This document shows positions 1 to 9,106 of a DNA stretch of 64,000 nt, piece by piece. The notes under the pieces are model-generated. The model did not search any database. It was not told the DNA's origin and worked only from the letters and a program-made list of their open reading frames with translations. Within the stretch, counting starts at the first letter, position 1; every line of letters begins with the position of its first letter. The DNA is from Bacteroidota bacterium (GTDB lineage Bacteria; Bacteroidota; Bacteroidia; Flavobacteriales; TMED113): contig JAYYFR010000006.1 of the NCBI GenBank assembly GCA_036158635.1, positions 14,281-78,280 of the forward strand, written 5' to 3'. Both the position numbers and the translations under genes were made by a program.

Positions 1-2
1 TC

Positions 3-554
3 TATCCGTTCTACAAAATATTTGAAGTAATTACTGATAATGTAATGGAAGAAGAAACCATAACTATTAGCCCTGAAACAAGCTACAAAGAAAACACAAA
101 CTTTAAGTTTTTAAATCAAGGTTCTTTTGAAATAGGAAATATGCTTCAAGAAACTGAAAATAGTGACACTATTCCTTTAATTCAAAGTAACGAAGTGTTT
201 GATGGTGAAAAATCATGTGCTATTTGTATTAACAACTCAAATAATATATATCAAGTTATTACTATTGACGAATTATTGTTTAAAAGTTTTCCAGAGTATG
301 TTTTTTTAGAAATGAATTTTAAGTCTGACATAGACTTTAAAATCGGTCTAATTAGAAATAATAATATTGCAGATAAAATTGAACACATGAAGGTTTATAA
401 ATCTGAAAACTGGAAAAAAATTTATTTAAATTTAAGCTCCTTACTAATTCCAAATATTTCTAATTCTACTTTTCAAATTTATTTTGAAAGTGAAATGGCT
501 TATAATGATAATGAAGGCTGTACATATTTAGATAATTTAAAAGTCGTTTATTAA
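3..554 (+). CDS. Hypothetical Bacteroidota protein, 5'-truncated by the window edge
   Basis: Frame is open from base 3 (YPFYKIFEVITDNV...) into the tracked ORF at 45; beta-rich C-terminus ending YLDNLKVVY; stop overlaps the next ATG (TAATG). Confidence 0.6.
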   Translation, partial: YPFYKIFEVITDNVMEEETITISPETSYKENTNFKFLNQGSFEIGNMLQETENSDTIPLIQSNEVFDGEKSCAICINNSNNIYQVITIDELLFKSFPEYVFLEMNFKSDIDFKIGLIRNNNIADKIEHMKVYKSENWKKIYLNLSSLLIPNISNSTFQIYFESEMAYNDNEGCTYLDNLKVVY

Positions 555-1960
555 TGATTAAAAGAATCGAAACTATAAAATTTATTTTCTTTGACATTCT
601 CACCTCAGTTAGCAGTTGGATTTTATTTTTTATGTTTAGAAAAAAACTTGAAAATCAAGCTTTTGAATTCCTAGATCATTCTTTAATTAAAGGTTGTATT
701 GTTATTTGTGTTTTTTGGATATCTATTTATACTTTATCAGGAAAATACCAAAATGTTCTTAGAGCATCTAGACTACAAGAATTTTACAAAACAATAAATC
801 AAACAATAATTGGGTGTATTATTATTTTCTTTATTTTGATAATTGATGATATAGAGTATCAAACTAATTACAACTATTATTATAAGTCTATTTTATTTCT
901 ATTTACAACGCACTTTGCCCTAACTTTTCTATTCAGGTATATTTTAACATATAGAATAGTAAAAAAAATAGAAAAGGGTAACATTGGATTTTCAACAATA
1001 TTAATTGGCTCATCAAAAAAAGCAATTAATATTTATAATCAAATTATGGACTTACCAAGATCTAGTGGTTATAAACTAATAGGTCTAGTAGAAACTTCAG
1101 AGCAAAAAAATAATTTTTTTTCTAAAAAGTTAAAAAAACTAGGCACACTATCGAACTTAGATCAAATAATAAAATATAACCAAATTGATGAAGCAATTAT
1201 TGCCGTTGAAAATGAAGAATTTGTTTTAATTGAAAAAATTTTATGTGAGCTAAATTACAAAAATATAATTGCTAAAATTATTCCAAATAAAAGTAATCTG
1301 CTTCTAGGAAATGTGAAGATGTCGTCAATTCATGGAATTCCATTTACAGAGATATACCCTTCATCAATGAATCTCTTTGAGTCATTTATCAAAAGAAAAT
1401 TAGACATCATTATTTCATTAATTGCCCTTATAGTACTTTTTCCAATATTTATATTTAATGCTTTTATAATAAAATTATCATCTAAAGGACCCGTCTTTTA
1501 TTCTCAAGAAAGAGCTGGAAAACACAGAAAAATTTTTAAAATAATTAAATTTCGATCAATGTATATTAACGCTGAATCTGAAGGAAAACCAAAACTAACT
1601 CAGGAAAACGATAATAGAATTACTAGTTGGGGAAAAATAATGAGAAAATATAGAATTGATGAACTTCCGCAATTTTATAATGTTTTAAAAGGCGAAATGT
1701 CTCTTGTTGGCCCAAGACCTGAAAGAAATTATTTTATTGAAAAAATAATAAAAAAAGCACCTCATTACAAATTAGTTTTTAAAATTAGACCTGGAATAAC
1801 ATCTTGGGGAATGGTAAAATATGGTTATGCTGACAATGTTGAAAAAATGATCGAAAGATTAAAATATGATATCATTTATTTAGAAAATCTATCTATATTT
1901 AGCGATATAAAAGTTCTTGCATATACTTTAATTATCGTATTGCAAGGGAGAGGAAAGTAA
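554..1960 (+). CDS. Polyprenyl glycosylphosphotransferase (WcaJ/WbaP-like sugar transferase)
   Basis: N-terminal TM helices, Rossmann-like middle, C-terminal bacterial sugar transferase motifs KRKLDI, FKIIKFRSM, RIDELPQFYNVLKGEMSLVGPRPE, PGITSWG. Confidence 0.92.
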   Translation: MIKRIETIKFIFFDILTSVSSWILFFMFRKKLENQAFEFLDHSLIKGCIVICVFWISIYTLSGKYQNVLRASRLQEFYKTINQTIIGCIIIFFILIIDDIEYQTNYNYYYKSILFLFTTHFALTFLFRYILTYRIVKKIEKGNIGFSTILIGSSKKAINIYNQIMDLPRSSGYKLIGLVETSEQKNNFFSKKLKKLGTLSNLDQIIKYNQIDEAIIAVENEEFVLIEKILCELNYKNIIAKIIPNKSNLLLGNVKMSSIHGIPFTEIYPSSMNLFESFIKRKLDIIISLIALIVLFPIFIFNAFIIKLSSKGPVFYSQERAGKHRKIFKIIKFRSMYINAESEGKPKLTQENDNRITSWGKIMRKYRIDELPQFYNVLKGEMSLVGPRPERNYFIEKIIKKAPHYKLVFKIRPGITSWGMVKYGYADNVEKMIERLKYDIIYLENLSIFSDIKVLAYTLIIVLQGRGK

Positions 1961-1963
1961 ATT

Positions 1964-2851
1964 ATGAAAAATATATCTGTTATAGGTTCCGGAACAATGG
2001 GGAACGGAATAGCGCATTGTTTTGCTCAAAAGGGATTTGAAGTCTCTTTAGTTGACATATCTGTAGAAAATTTAGAAAATGCAAAAATCACAATTTCAGA
2101 AAATCTTGAAAGATTAGTAAAAAAAGATAAAATTTCAAATCTAGACATGGAGAAGACCTTGTCAAAAATTTCATTTTATAGTGATATGAAAAACTGTGTA
2201 AATAATAGCGACCTTATTATTGAGGCTGCAACAGAATCAAAAAAAATAAAATTAAAAATTTTTAAAGAATTAGATTCCATTTGCAAACCTGAAGCTATTT
2301 TAGCTAGTAACACGTCTTCCATTTCTATCACTGAAATTGCTTTATCAACAAATAGACCTGATAAAATCATTGGAATGCATTTTATGAATCCTGTACCAAT
2401 AATGAAATTGGTTGAAGTCATAAAAGGTGAACAAACATCTAAAAAAACATTTGATACTATCATGGATTTATCAAAAAAGCTAGATAAAATTCCTGTATTT
2501 GTAAATGATGCTCCAGGTTTTGTCGCAAATAGAATATTGATGCCTATGATTAATGAAGCAATTTTAACTTTAGAACAAAAGGTTTCTGGTGTTAAGGAAA
2601 TTGATACTGTTATGATGTTAGGAATGTCTCATCCAATGGGGCCACTATTTTTAGCTGACTTTATTGGATTAGATGTATGTTTATCAATCTTAAATGTTAT
2701 GCACGATGGATTTGAAGATGAAAAATATATGGCCTGCAATTTACTCAAAGAGATGGTAAGAAATAATGAATTAGGGGTTAAGACTGGAAAGGGGTTTTAT
2801 GACTATTCAAAAGGGATAAAGAATAAAGAGGTTTCTTCAAAATTTTTATAG
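1964..2851 (+). CDS. hbd: 3-hydroxybutyryl/3-hydroxyacyl-CoA dehydrogenase
   Basis: GSGTMGNGIA NAD-binding motif, LASNTSSISI, GMHFMNPVP, PMGPL, ADFIGLD. Confidence 0.92.
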   Translation: MKNISVIGSGTMGNGIAHCFAQKGFEVSLVDISVENLENAKITISENLERLVKKDKISNLDMEKTLSKISFYSDMKNCVNNSDLIIEAATESKKIKLKIFKELDSICKPEAILASNTSSISITEIALSTNRPDKIIGMHFMNPVPIMKLVEVIKGEQTSKKTFDTIMDLSKKLDKIPVFVNDAPGFVANRILMPMINEAILTLEQKVSGVKEIDTVMMLGMSHPMGPLFLADFIGLDVCLSILNVMHDGFEDEKYMACNLLKEMVRNNELGVKTGKGFYDYSKGIKNKEVSSKFL

Positions 2852-2854
2852 TAG

Positions 2855-3358
2855 TTAATTCATTTCATTATTAATTATTTTTTCAATTATAAAATCCTCT
2901 TTATTTTTTTTTGGATCATACTTTGATTTTATATCACCATCATATAATAGTGCTAAATTTTGCCACCAAAACGCACTCCATTTTCCCTTGTATTTTTCTA
3001 TAATATCAAATACTGATATACCAAATTCTCTGTAAATTAATTTAGATAAAATAACACCCTCTTTTCTTGTTAAAGACTTTATTTCAATTAAAAATTTATC
3101 CATTAATACTTTTTTGTAATTTCTAATAAATTTTTTTTTATGTTTTTTTTTTGATTTGGTCAATAATTGAGAATCAATATCAAAAATTATGTTGTTAATT
3201 GTATCTAAATAATGGTAAACTTTTTTTACTTTTCTTTTATAAAAAAAATACTCTTTGTATGAATACTGAATTTTATCTGATAACTCTACTTCATTTAAAA
3301 TAATACTATTATCAAAATCCTGAGAATATAGAGATGAAATATTGAAAAAAATTAGCAT
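2855..3358 (-). CDS. DUF4294 family secreted protein
   Basis: Motifs VKKVY, LTRKEGVILSKLIYRE, AFWWQNLA...YDP; likely start at ATG 3358 (MLIFFNISSLYSQ signal-like) rather than 3409. Confidence 0.75.
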   Translation of the reverse strand: MLIFFNISSLYSQDFDNSIILNEVELSDKIQYSYKEYFFYKRKVKKVYHYLDTINNIIFDIDSQLLTKSKKKHKKKFIRNYKKVLMDKFLIEIKSLTRKEGVILSKLIYREFGISVFDIIEKYKGKWSAFWWQNLALLYDGDIKSKYDPKKNKEDFIIEKIINNEMN

Positions 3359-3409
3359 TAAAGTATTTATTAAAAAAAGCTTATTATATTGAATAAAATA
3401 GAAGTTCAT

Positions 3410-4159
3410 ATGTTAAAAAAAATACTTGATAAAAGTAAGTTAATTTCTTTAGAAGAAGAAAGCCATACATATACACTTTTAAATTCAACAATAGAATTTA
3501 AAAGTGTCACCGAATTTATTCATACATTTTTCAAGCCTTTTGATGAAAAAAAAATTGCAAAAAAACTTACTCAAACAAATCTAAAGTATAAAGGAATGAG
3601 TGTTGAAGAATTAATTGGAAGTTGGAACAAGAGAAGAGATAGAGGAACCATTGTACATAAACAAATAGAAGATTATATTAATTCAAATTTTATAATAAGC
3701 GAGTTAGAATTTAACAACTTAGACCCAAAAACTCAACAGGGAATAAACTTTATAAAGAAAAAATGTTTAAAAAATACTAATAAACTATTTTCTGAAGTAA
3801 TGATTTACTCAGAAGAACTAAAACTTGCAGGTACTATTGATTTAATTGTATATAATGAAGAAAAAAATCACATTTCACTTATTGATTGGAAGACAAATAA
3901 AAGAATTAACAAAAGCTCATTTAATAACCAAAAGGGAACTAAATTCCCTCTTAATAATATGGATGATTGTAATTTCACTCACTACAATCTACAATTATCG
4001 ATGTATCAATATATTTTAGAGAAGTATTATAATGTAAATGTTAATGGTTTATTTCTTGTGCATTTAAATGAACAAGACTATAACTACAAAAATTATATGT
4101 GTGACTACAAAAAAAATATGATTATACAAATGATAAACGAACTTCTAAACATAAAATAA
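3410..4159 (+). CDS. PD-(D/E)XK (RecB/Cas4-like) exonuclease, phage-like
   Basis: SVT, RGTIVHKQIE, SE...LAGTIDL...IDWKT, and RecB-family QLSMY (QxxxY) motif; ATG at 3410. Confidence 0.85.
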   Translation: MLKKILDKSKLISLEEESHTYTLLNSTIEFKSVTEFIHTFFKPFDEKKIAKKLTQTNLKYKGMSVEELIGSWNKRRDRGTIVHKQIEDYINSNFIISELEFNNLDPKTQQGINFIKKKCLKNTNKLFSEVMIYSEELKLAGTIDLIVYNEEKNHISLIDWKTNKRINKSSFNNQKGTKFPLNNMDDCNFTHYNLQLSMYQYILEKYYNVNVNGLFLVHLNEQDYNYKNYMCDYKKNMIIQMINELLNIK

Positions 4160-4168
4160 TTTCTAATA

Positions 4169-6925
4169 ATGAAAAAAAATCTAAAATTCATTGAGAGACT
4201 AACTAGCGAAATAGAATTACTAGAAAATTTAATTAATAATGAAGAATTAGAAGACCATGGACGTATCGGTGCTGAACAGGAGTTCTGTTTATTGGATGAT
4301 AATTTTAGAGCTAGTCCCGTAAATAAAAAAATACTAAAAGGTATTAATAATGATGGATTTGTAACAGAAATTGCAAAGTTCAACATGGAACTCAATTTAG
4401 AACCATTAGAAATTAACAAAACTTGTTTAAGGAGACTAGAAAAAAACATTCTTAACAAAATGAGTATAGTAAATAAATTTGCCTCGAAATTTGATACCAA
4501 ATTAATTTTAACTGGAATTTTACCAACTGTTAGAAAATATGATTTAAGATTTGATAATATCACAAATAACCAAAGATATTTTGAACTATGTGAATCAATT
4601 AATAAAATCAGGGGAGAAAATTATAAGTTAAGAATTAGAGGGATTGATGAATTAGTTTTTGAACATGATTCTCCTCTAGTTGAAGGATGTAATACTGGAT
4701 ATCAATTTCATCTACAAATTGGGCCTAAAGATTTTGCAAGAATGTATAATATTTCTCAATTAATTTCAGGACCTGTCTTAGCAATAAGTACAAATTCGCC
4801 TATGTTATTTGGAAAGAGATTATGGCATGAAACTAGAATAGCTGTCTTTCAGCAATCTACTGATACGAGAGTTATTGGGAGTTATCATCCTGGAACACTT
4901 CCAAGGGTAACATTTGGTAATCAATGGATTGATAAATCAATTATAGAAATCTTTAAAGAAGATATTATAAGGTATAAAATTTTATTAAAATCATTAAAGA
5001 AAATCTCCAAATTAGATCCAAAAAAACCTAAACTTGAGGCACTATCTCAACACAACTCAACAGTTTATAGATGGAACAGACCATGTTATGGAATATATAA
5101 TAACAAGCCCAGTCTAAGAATAGAATCTAGAATGTTTCCTGCAGGACCTACAATAGTTGATGAGGTAGCAAATTCAGCTTTTTGGCTTGGTTTAATGATG
5201 TTTTATAAAGAAAGTAGTATTTCTAATATTTCTGAAATCATGGAGTTTGATGATGCTAGAACTAATTTTTATTCAGCTGCACAACAGGGCATAGATTGCA
5301 CATTTAAATGGTTTGATGGTAAAAGAATTGATGCAAGAAAATTAATTTTAAATGATTTAGTTCCTAAAGCAGCTATTGGATTATCAAACATTAATATAGA
5401 CCCTAAAGACATTGATAAATACTTAAATATAATTAAAGACCGAGCACATTCAAGAAAAACTGGATCTAGATGGATTATAGATTCTTTTGACCTTCTATCT
5501 AAAAAAGTATCAACACAAAACGCTTTAACTACAATAACATCAGAAATAATTAAAAATCAAAAAAAAAACATACCTGTTCATAAGTGGGAATTAACAAAAA
5601 ATAGTGTTTTAATTAATAACCCATCTGAACTCCTTGTTGAAGAATGTATGGACAGGTATATTTATTCAGTTGATGAAAGTGAGTCTTTTTCTCTTGCAAT
5701 AAAAATTAATGAGTGGAAAAAACATGACTATATTGTTGTTGTTAACATAAATGGTAAAATTACAGGAGAACTCACAAAAGATATTTTGGAAAACAAAAAA
5801 AACATTCAAAATAAAAATAACATTCTTGTAAAAGACGTAATGAAAAAAAATCCTATATGTATTGAACCCAACGAAAATATTTCCAACGCAATTAAATTAA
5901 TGAAACTAAAAAAAAGTGAAATGATTCCTGTTCATGAAAAAAAATTATTTATTGGGATGTTACAAAAGAAATATTTGTTACAGTATGAATTTGAATCTCC
6001 AAAACTGTTAAAAAAACAAGAAATATTAGCATTTGAAGATAGGATATTAGGAAACTACCACTCAGGTGAAAAAGGTAAAACAATAGTATTTATGTGTGGA
6101 ATTCATGGCAATGAATTATCAGGAAAAAAGGCACTTAAAAAAATCTTTTCATATTTAGAAAATAATAAAATTGAAATCAGGGGGAATATTATAGGAATTC
6201 AAGGAAACTTAAAAGCTATTGAGAAAAAAGAAAGATATATTGACGTAGACTTAAATAGAATTTGGACAAAAAAAACAATAAATGAAGTTAAAAAGGGAAA
6301 AATAAAAGACGTGTATGAGTATAAAGAATTAATTAAAATTCATGATATAATAGATGTTATTCTTAAAAAGAAAAAAAAGAAAGATATTATTATAATTGAC
6401 CTGCACAACACTTCCTCTGCAAGTGGTTTATTTACAGTTATTAATAATACTAAAGATTTCAAATTAGCATCTGCCATTCAAATACCTGTTATTACAAAAT
6501 TATTTAATAAAGTAAAGGGCTCTTTTTCTCAATACTATAATTCAAAAAATATTTCAACTATTGTTTTTGAGGGTGGTGCTATAGGTGATCCAGCTTCAAC
6601 TAATAATCATGAAATAGGAATTTTTAAAATTTTAGAAAGCTGCGGGGTAATTAAGAAAGAAGATACTCCTAATTTTATTACAAATCGTTCTAAGTCAAAA
6701 ACTAAAAAGAGCTTATATAAAGTAAAGTATATTCATTTAATATCAGAAAGTGATAACTTTTTAATGAAACCAAATGTTATCAATTTTCAAAATATAAAAA
6801 AAGGAGAAGTATTAGGTAGTGATAAGAATGGGGATGTTAAATCACCATTTGATGGAAAAATACTTATGCCTTTATACCAAGAACAAGGTAGAGAAGGGTT
6901 CTATATAATTCAAAATGAAAATTAA
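4169..6925 (+). CDS. Fusion: GCS2 carboxylate-amine ligase + CBS pair + AstE/AspA-family zinc amidohydrolase
   Basis: aa ~30-475 GAEQEF, TEIAKFNMELN, QFHLQ, WNRPCY, LRIESRMFPAGPT; aa ~488-604 two CBS repeats; aa ~624-918 GIHGNE, DLNR, DLH, FEGG, MPLYQ. Confidence 0.85.
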   Translation: MKKNLKFIERLTSEIELLENLINNEELEDHGRIGAEQEFCLLDDNFRASPVNKKILKGINNDGFVTEIAKFNMELNLEPLEINKTCLRRLEKNILNKMSIVNKFASKFDTKLILTGILPTVRKYDLRFDNITNNQRYFELCESINKIRGENYKLRIRGIDELVFEHDSPLVEGCNTGYQFHLQIGPKDFARMYNISQLISGPVLAISTNSPMLFGKRLWHETRIAVFQQSTDTRVIGSYHPGTLPRVTFGNQWIDKSIIEIFKEDIIRYKILLKSLKKISKLDPKKPKLEALSQHNSTVYRWNRPCYGIYNNKPSLRIESRMFPAGPTIVDEVANSAFWLGLMMFYKESSISNISEIMEFDDARTNFYSAAQQGIDCTFKWFDGKRIDARKLILNDLVPKAAIGLSNINIDPKDIDKYLNIIKDRAHSRKTGSRWIIDSFDLLSKKVSTQNALTTITSEIIKNQKKNIPVHKWELTKNSVLINNPSELLVEECMDRYIYSVDESESFSLAIKINEWKKHDYIVVVNINGKITGELTKDILENKKNIQNKNNILVKDVMKKNPICIEPNENISNAIKLMKLKKSEMIPVHEKKLFIGMLQKKYLLQYEFESPKLLKKQEILAFEDRILGNYHSGEKGKTIVFMCGIHGNELSGKKALKKIFSYLENNKIEIRGNIIGIQGNLKAIEKKERYIDVDLNRIWTKKTINEVKKGKIKDVYEYKELIKIHDIIDVILKKKKKKDIIIIDLHNTSSASGLFTVINNTKDFKLASAIQIPVITKLFNKVKGSFSQYYNSKNISTIVFEGGAIGDPASTNNHEIGIFKILESCGVIKKEDTPNFITNRSKSKTKKSLYKVKYIHLISESDNFLMKPNVINFQNIKKGEVLGSDKNGDVKSPFDGKILMPLYQEQGREGFYIIQNEN

Positions 6926-6927
6926 AG

Positions 6928-7923
6928 TTAATTTTCATTTTGAAACATAATCTTTGCTAAATCAACTAGTCTATTTGAATAACCGTATTCATTATCATAC
7001 CAACCAACTATTTTAATCATATTATCTAAACAAAAAGTCAATTTAGAGTCAAAAATACAAGAAAACGGAGAAGATATAACATCGACTGAAACAATAGGAT
7101 CTTCGGTATAAGAAAGAATACCAGAAAAAGTATCATTAGATTCTTTTTTAAATAAGTTATTTATTTCAGAAACAGAGGTTTTATTTCTAACAATACAAGT
7201 TATGTCAGTTAAAGAGCCATTTGAAACAGGAACACGAATTCCACACCCACCTATATTCATTTTAGGAAATATGTTACTTAAAGCTTTTGCCGCTCCTGTG
7301 GTAGTTGGGATAATTGAGTTTGGGGCTGACCTGGCTCTTCTCAAATCATGATGGTTTGAGTCGTGTAAATTTTGATCAGTGGTATATGAATGAACAGTTG
7401 TAACATACGCTTTCTCTATATCAAAAGAATCATTTAGAATTTTTATCATTGGTGCAGCACAATTTGTTGTACATGAAGCATTTGAAATAATTAGATCCGA
7501 TTTAGTAATAATACCTCCATTAACACCTAAAACAACGGTCTTAATAGACTTATCCTTTGGGGGAGCTGATAGAATAACTTTTTTTGCACCTGACTTAATA
7601 TGTTTTTTTAAATATTGACCAGTTAAATACTTACCAGTTGCCTCAATAACTAAATCAACATTATATTCTTTCCATGGTATTAATTCAATTTTAGAGTGGT
7701 TTATAACGGGAATTTTTTTTTCTCCAATTATTAAATTTTTTTCATCATACGACAATTTTTCAGGAAATCGACCGTGAATTGAATCATATTTCAATAAATG
7801 ACTTAAAACTTTTAAATCACTTAAGTCATTAATAACTACTATTTTAAAATTATTATCATTAAAGATAGACCGAAAAAAAGACCTACCTATCCTACCAAAT
7901 CCATTTATAGCAACTCTTATCAT
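6928..7923 (-). CDS. gap: Type I glyceraldehyde-3-phosphate dehydrogenase
   Basis: INGFGRIGR, SNASCTTNC active site, WYDNEYGYS. Confidence 0.96.
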   Translation of the reverse strand: MIRVAINGFGRIGRSFFRSIFNDNNFKIVVINDLSDLKVLSHLLKYDSIHGRFPEKLSYDEKNLIIGEKKIPVINHSKIELIPWKEYNVDLVIEATGKYLTGQYLKKHIKSGAKKVILSAPPKDKSIKTVVLGVNGGIITKSDLIISNASCTTNCAAPMIKILNDSFDIEKAYVTTVHSYTTDQNLHDSNHHDLRRARSAPNSIIPTTTGAAKALSNIFPKMNIGGCGIRVPVSNGSLTDITCIVRNKTSVSEINNLFKKESNDTFSGILSYTEDPIVSVDVISSPFSCIFDSKLTFCLDNMIKIVGWYDNEYGYSNRLVDLAKIMFQNEN

Positions 7924-7929
7924 AATTAT

Positions 7930-8853
7930 TTAAAATAAATGCTTTTCTGCGTGATACGATGACCTTACTAACGGCCCACTTTCAACATACTTAAAACCCA
8001 TTTCTAATCCTATTTCTTTAAAAAAAGAAAATTTTTCGGGTTTAATAAATTTACTTACTGGGAGATGTTTTTTCGTAGGTTGTAAGTATTGACCAAGTGT
8101 TAATATATCTACACCAACATCAATTAAATCCTTCATAGATTTTAAAACTTCTTCATCAGACTCACCTAAACCAAGCATAATTCCAGATTTTGTTCTTTTA
8201 ATACCAGATTTTTTTAAATAATCTAGCACAAATAAACTCCTAGTATAACTAGCTTGGACTCTAACATTTTTAGTTAATCTTTCTACTGTTTCCATATTGT
8301 GTGAAATAACTTCTGGATGAACTAGTATAATTCTATCTAAATTTTTTTTATTTCCTTTAAAATCAGGAATTAGAGTTTCAATAGTGGTTTTTGGAGATAA
8401 TCTTCTTATCGCCTCAATTGTTTGTACCCATAAAATAGATCCGCCATCATCCAAATCATCTCTATCAACTGAAGTTAGAACACAATGTTTAATATTCATT
8501 AAAGAAACAGAGTTAGCAACTTTTTCAGATTCAGACCAATCTATATTTTTTGGCTTCCCAGTTGAAACAGAACAAAAACCGCACGATCTGGTACAAATAT
8601 TTCCTAAAATCATAAATGTAGCTGTACCAGCCCCCCAACATTCACCCATATTAGGACAATGACCACTTTCACAAATAGTATGTAAATTATGTTCGTCAAC
8701 TATTGAACGAAGTTTTGAGAATTTTTCTCCTGTAGGCAATTTGACTCTAAGCCAATTAGGTTTTTTTTTAAAACTTGATTCTACAATAGGTTTTGAAACT
8801 TTTTTTTTCAAGTCGACAACGTACCAATCATTAGAATTCTCCGGATTATTCAT
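7930..8853 (-). CDS. lipA: Lipoyl synthase
   Basis: [12 protein letters not shown] (CX4CX5C), CTRSCGFC radical-SAM motif, C-terminal RSSYHA. Confidence 0.97.
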   Translation of the reverse strand: MNNPENSNDWYVVDLKKKVSKPIVESSFKKKPNWLRVKLPTGEKFSKLRSIVDEHNLHTICESGHCPNMGECWGAGTATFMILGNICTRSCGFCSVSTGKPKNIDWSESEKVANSVSLMNIKHCVLTSVDRDDLDDGGSILWVQTIEAIRRLSPKTTIETLIPDFKGNKKNLDRIILVHPEVISHNMETVERLTKNVRVQASYTRSLFVLDYLKKSGIKRTKSGIMLGLGESDEEVLKSMKDLIDVGVDILTLGQYLQPTKKHLPVSKFIKPEKFSFFKEIGLEMGFKYVESGPLVRSSYHAEKHLF

Positions 8854-8900
8854 AGATTAAAAATAAAGCTCATTTAGTAAATAAAAATTATTTTTTTTCG

Positions 8901-9026
8901 TTAAGAGTTTATGTTCTCTTTTTCAACATCATTCCCGTTAGATAATCCTGGGCAATTTGCTGTAATACAACAAGATTGAAGAAATAGAATAAAAAGTAAA
9001 GAAAAAAAGAAAAGAAATTTTTTCAT
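8901..9026 (-). CDS. Small Cys-rich lipoprotein, 41 aa (not in ORF track)
   Basis: MKKFLFFFSLLFILFLQSCCITANCPGLSNGNDVEKENINS*: basic N-terminus, hydrophobic core, LQS-C lipobox; TAnnTTTG promoter element 20 bp upstream. Confidence 0.75.
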   Translation of the reverse strand: MKKFLFFFSLLFILFLQSCCITANCPGLSNGNDVEKENINS

Positions 9027-9045
9027 TATAATTAATTTTATGTTT

Positions 9046-9053
9046 CAAATTTA
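9046..9053 (-). promoter_or_regulatory. Bacteroidota -7 promoter element (TAAATTTG) for small lipoprotein-lipA-gap
   Basis: Exact TAnnTTTG match on the minus strand just upstream of ATG 9026; no clean -33 TTTG seen. Confidence 0.5.
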
Positions 9054-9106
9054 ATAATTTTTTAATTAAATAAATTCTAAAAAGATTTAAAACTTTAGAA
9101 CAGTAC

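Noticed and set aside
554..1960. Sugar transferase as the start of a polysaccharide island
   Set aside because: No glycosyltransferase, flippase or polymerase genes follow within the window.
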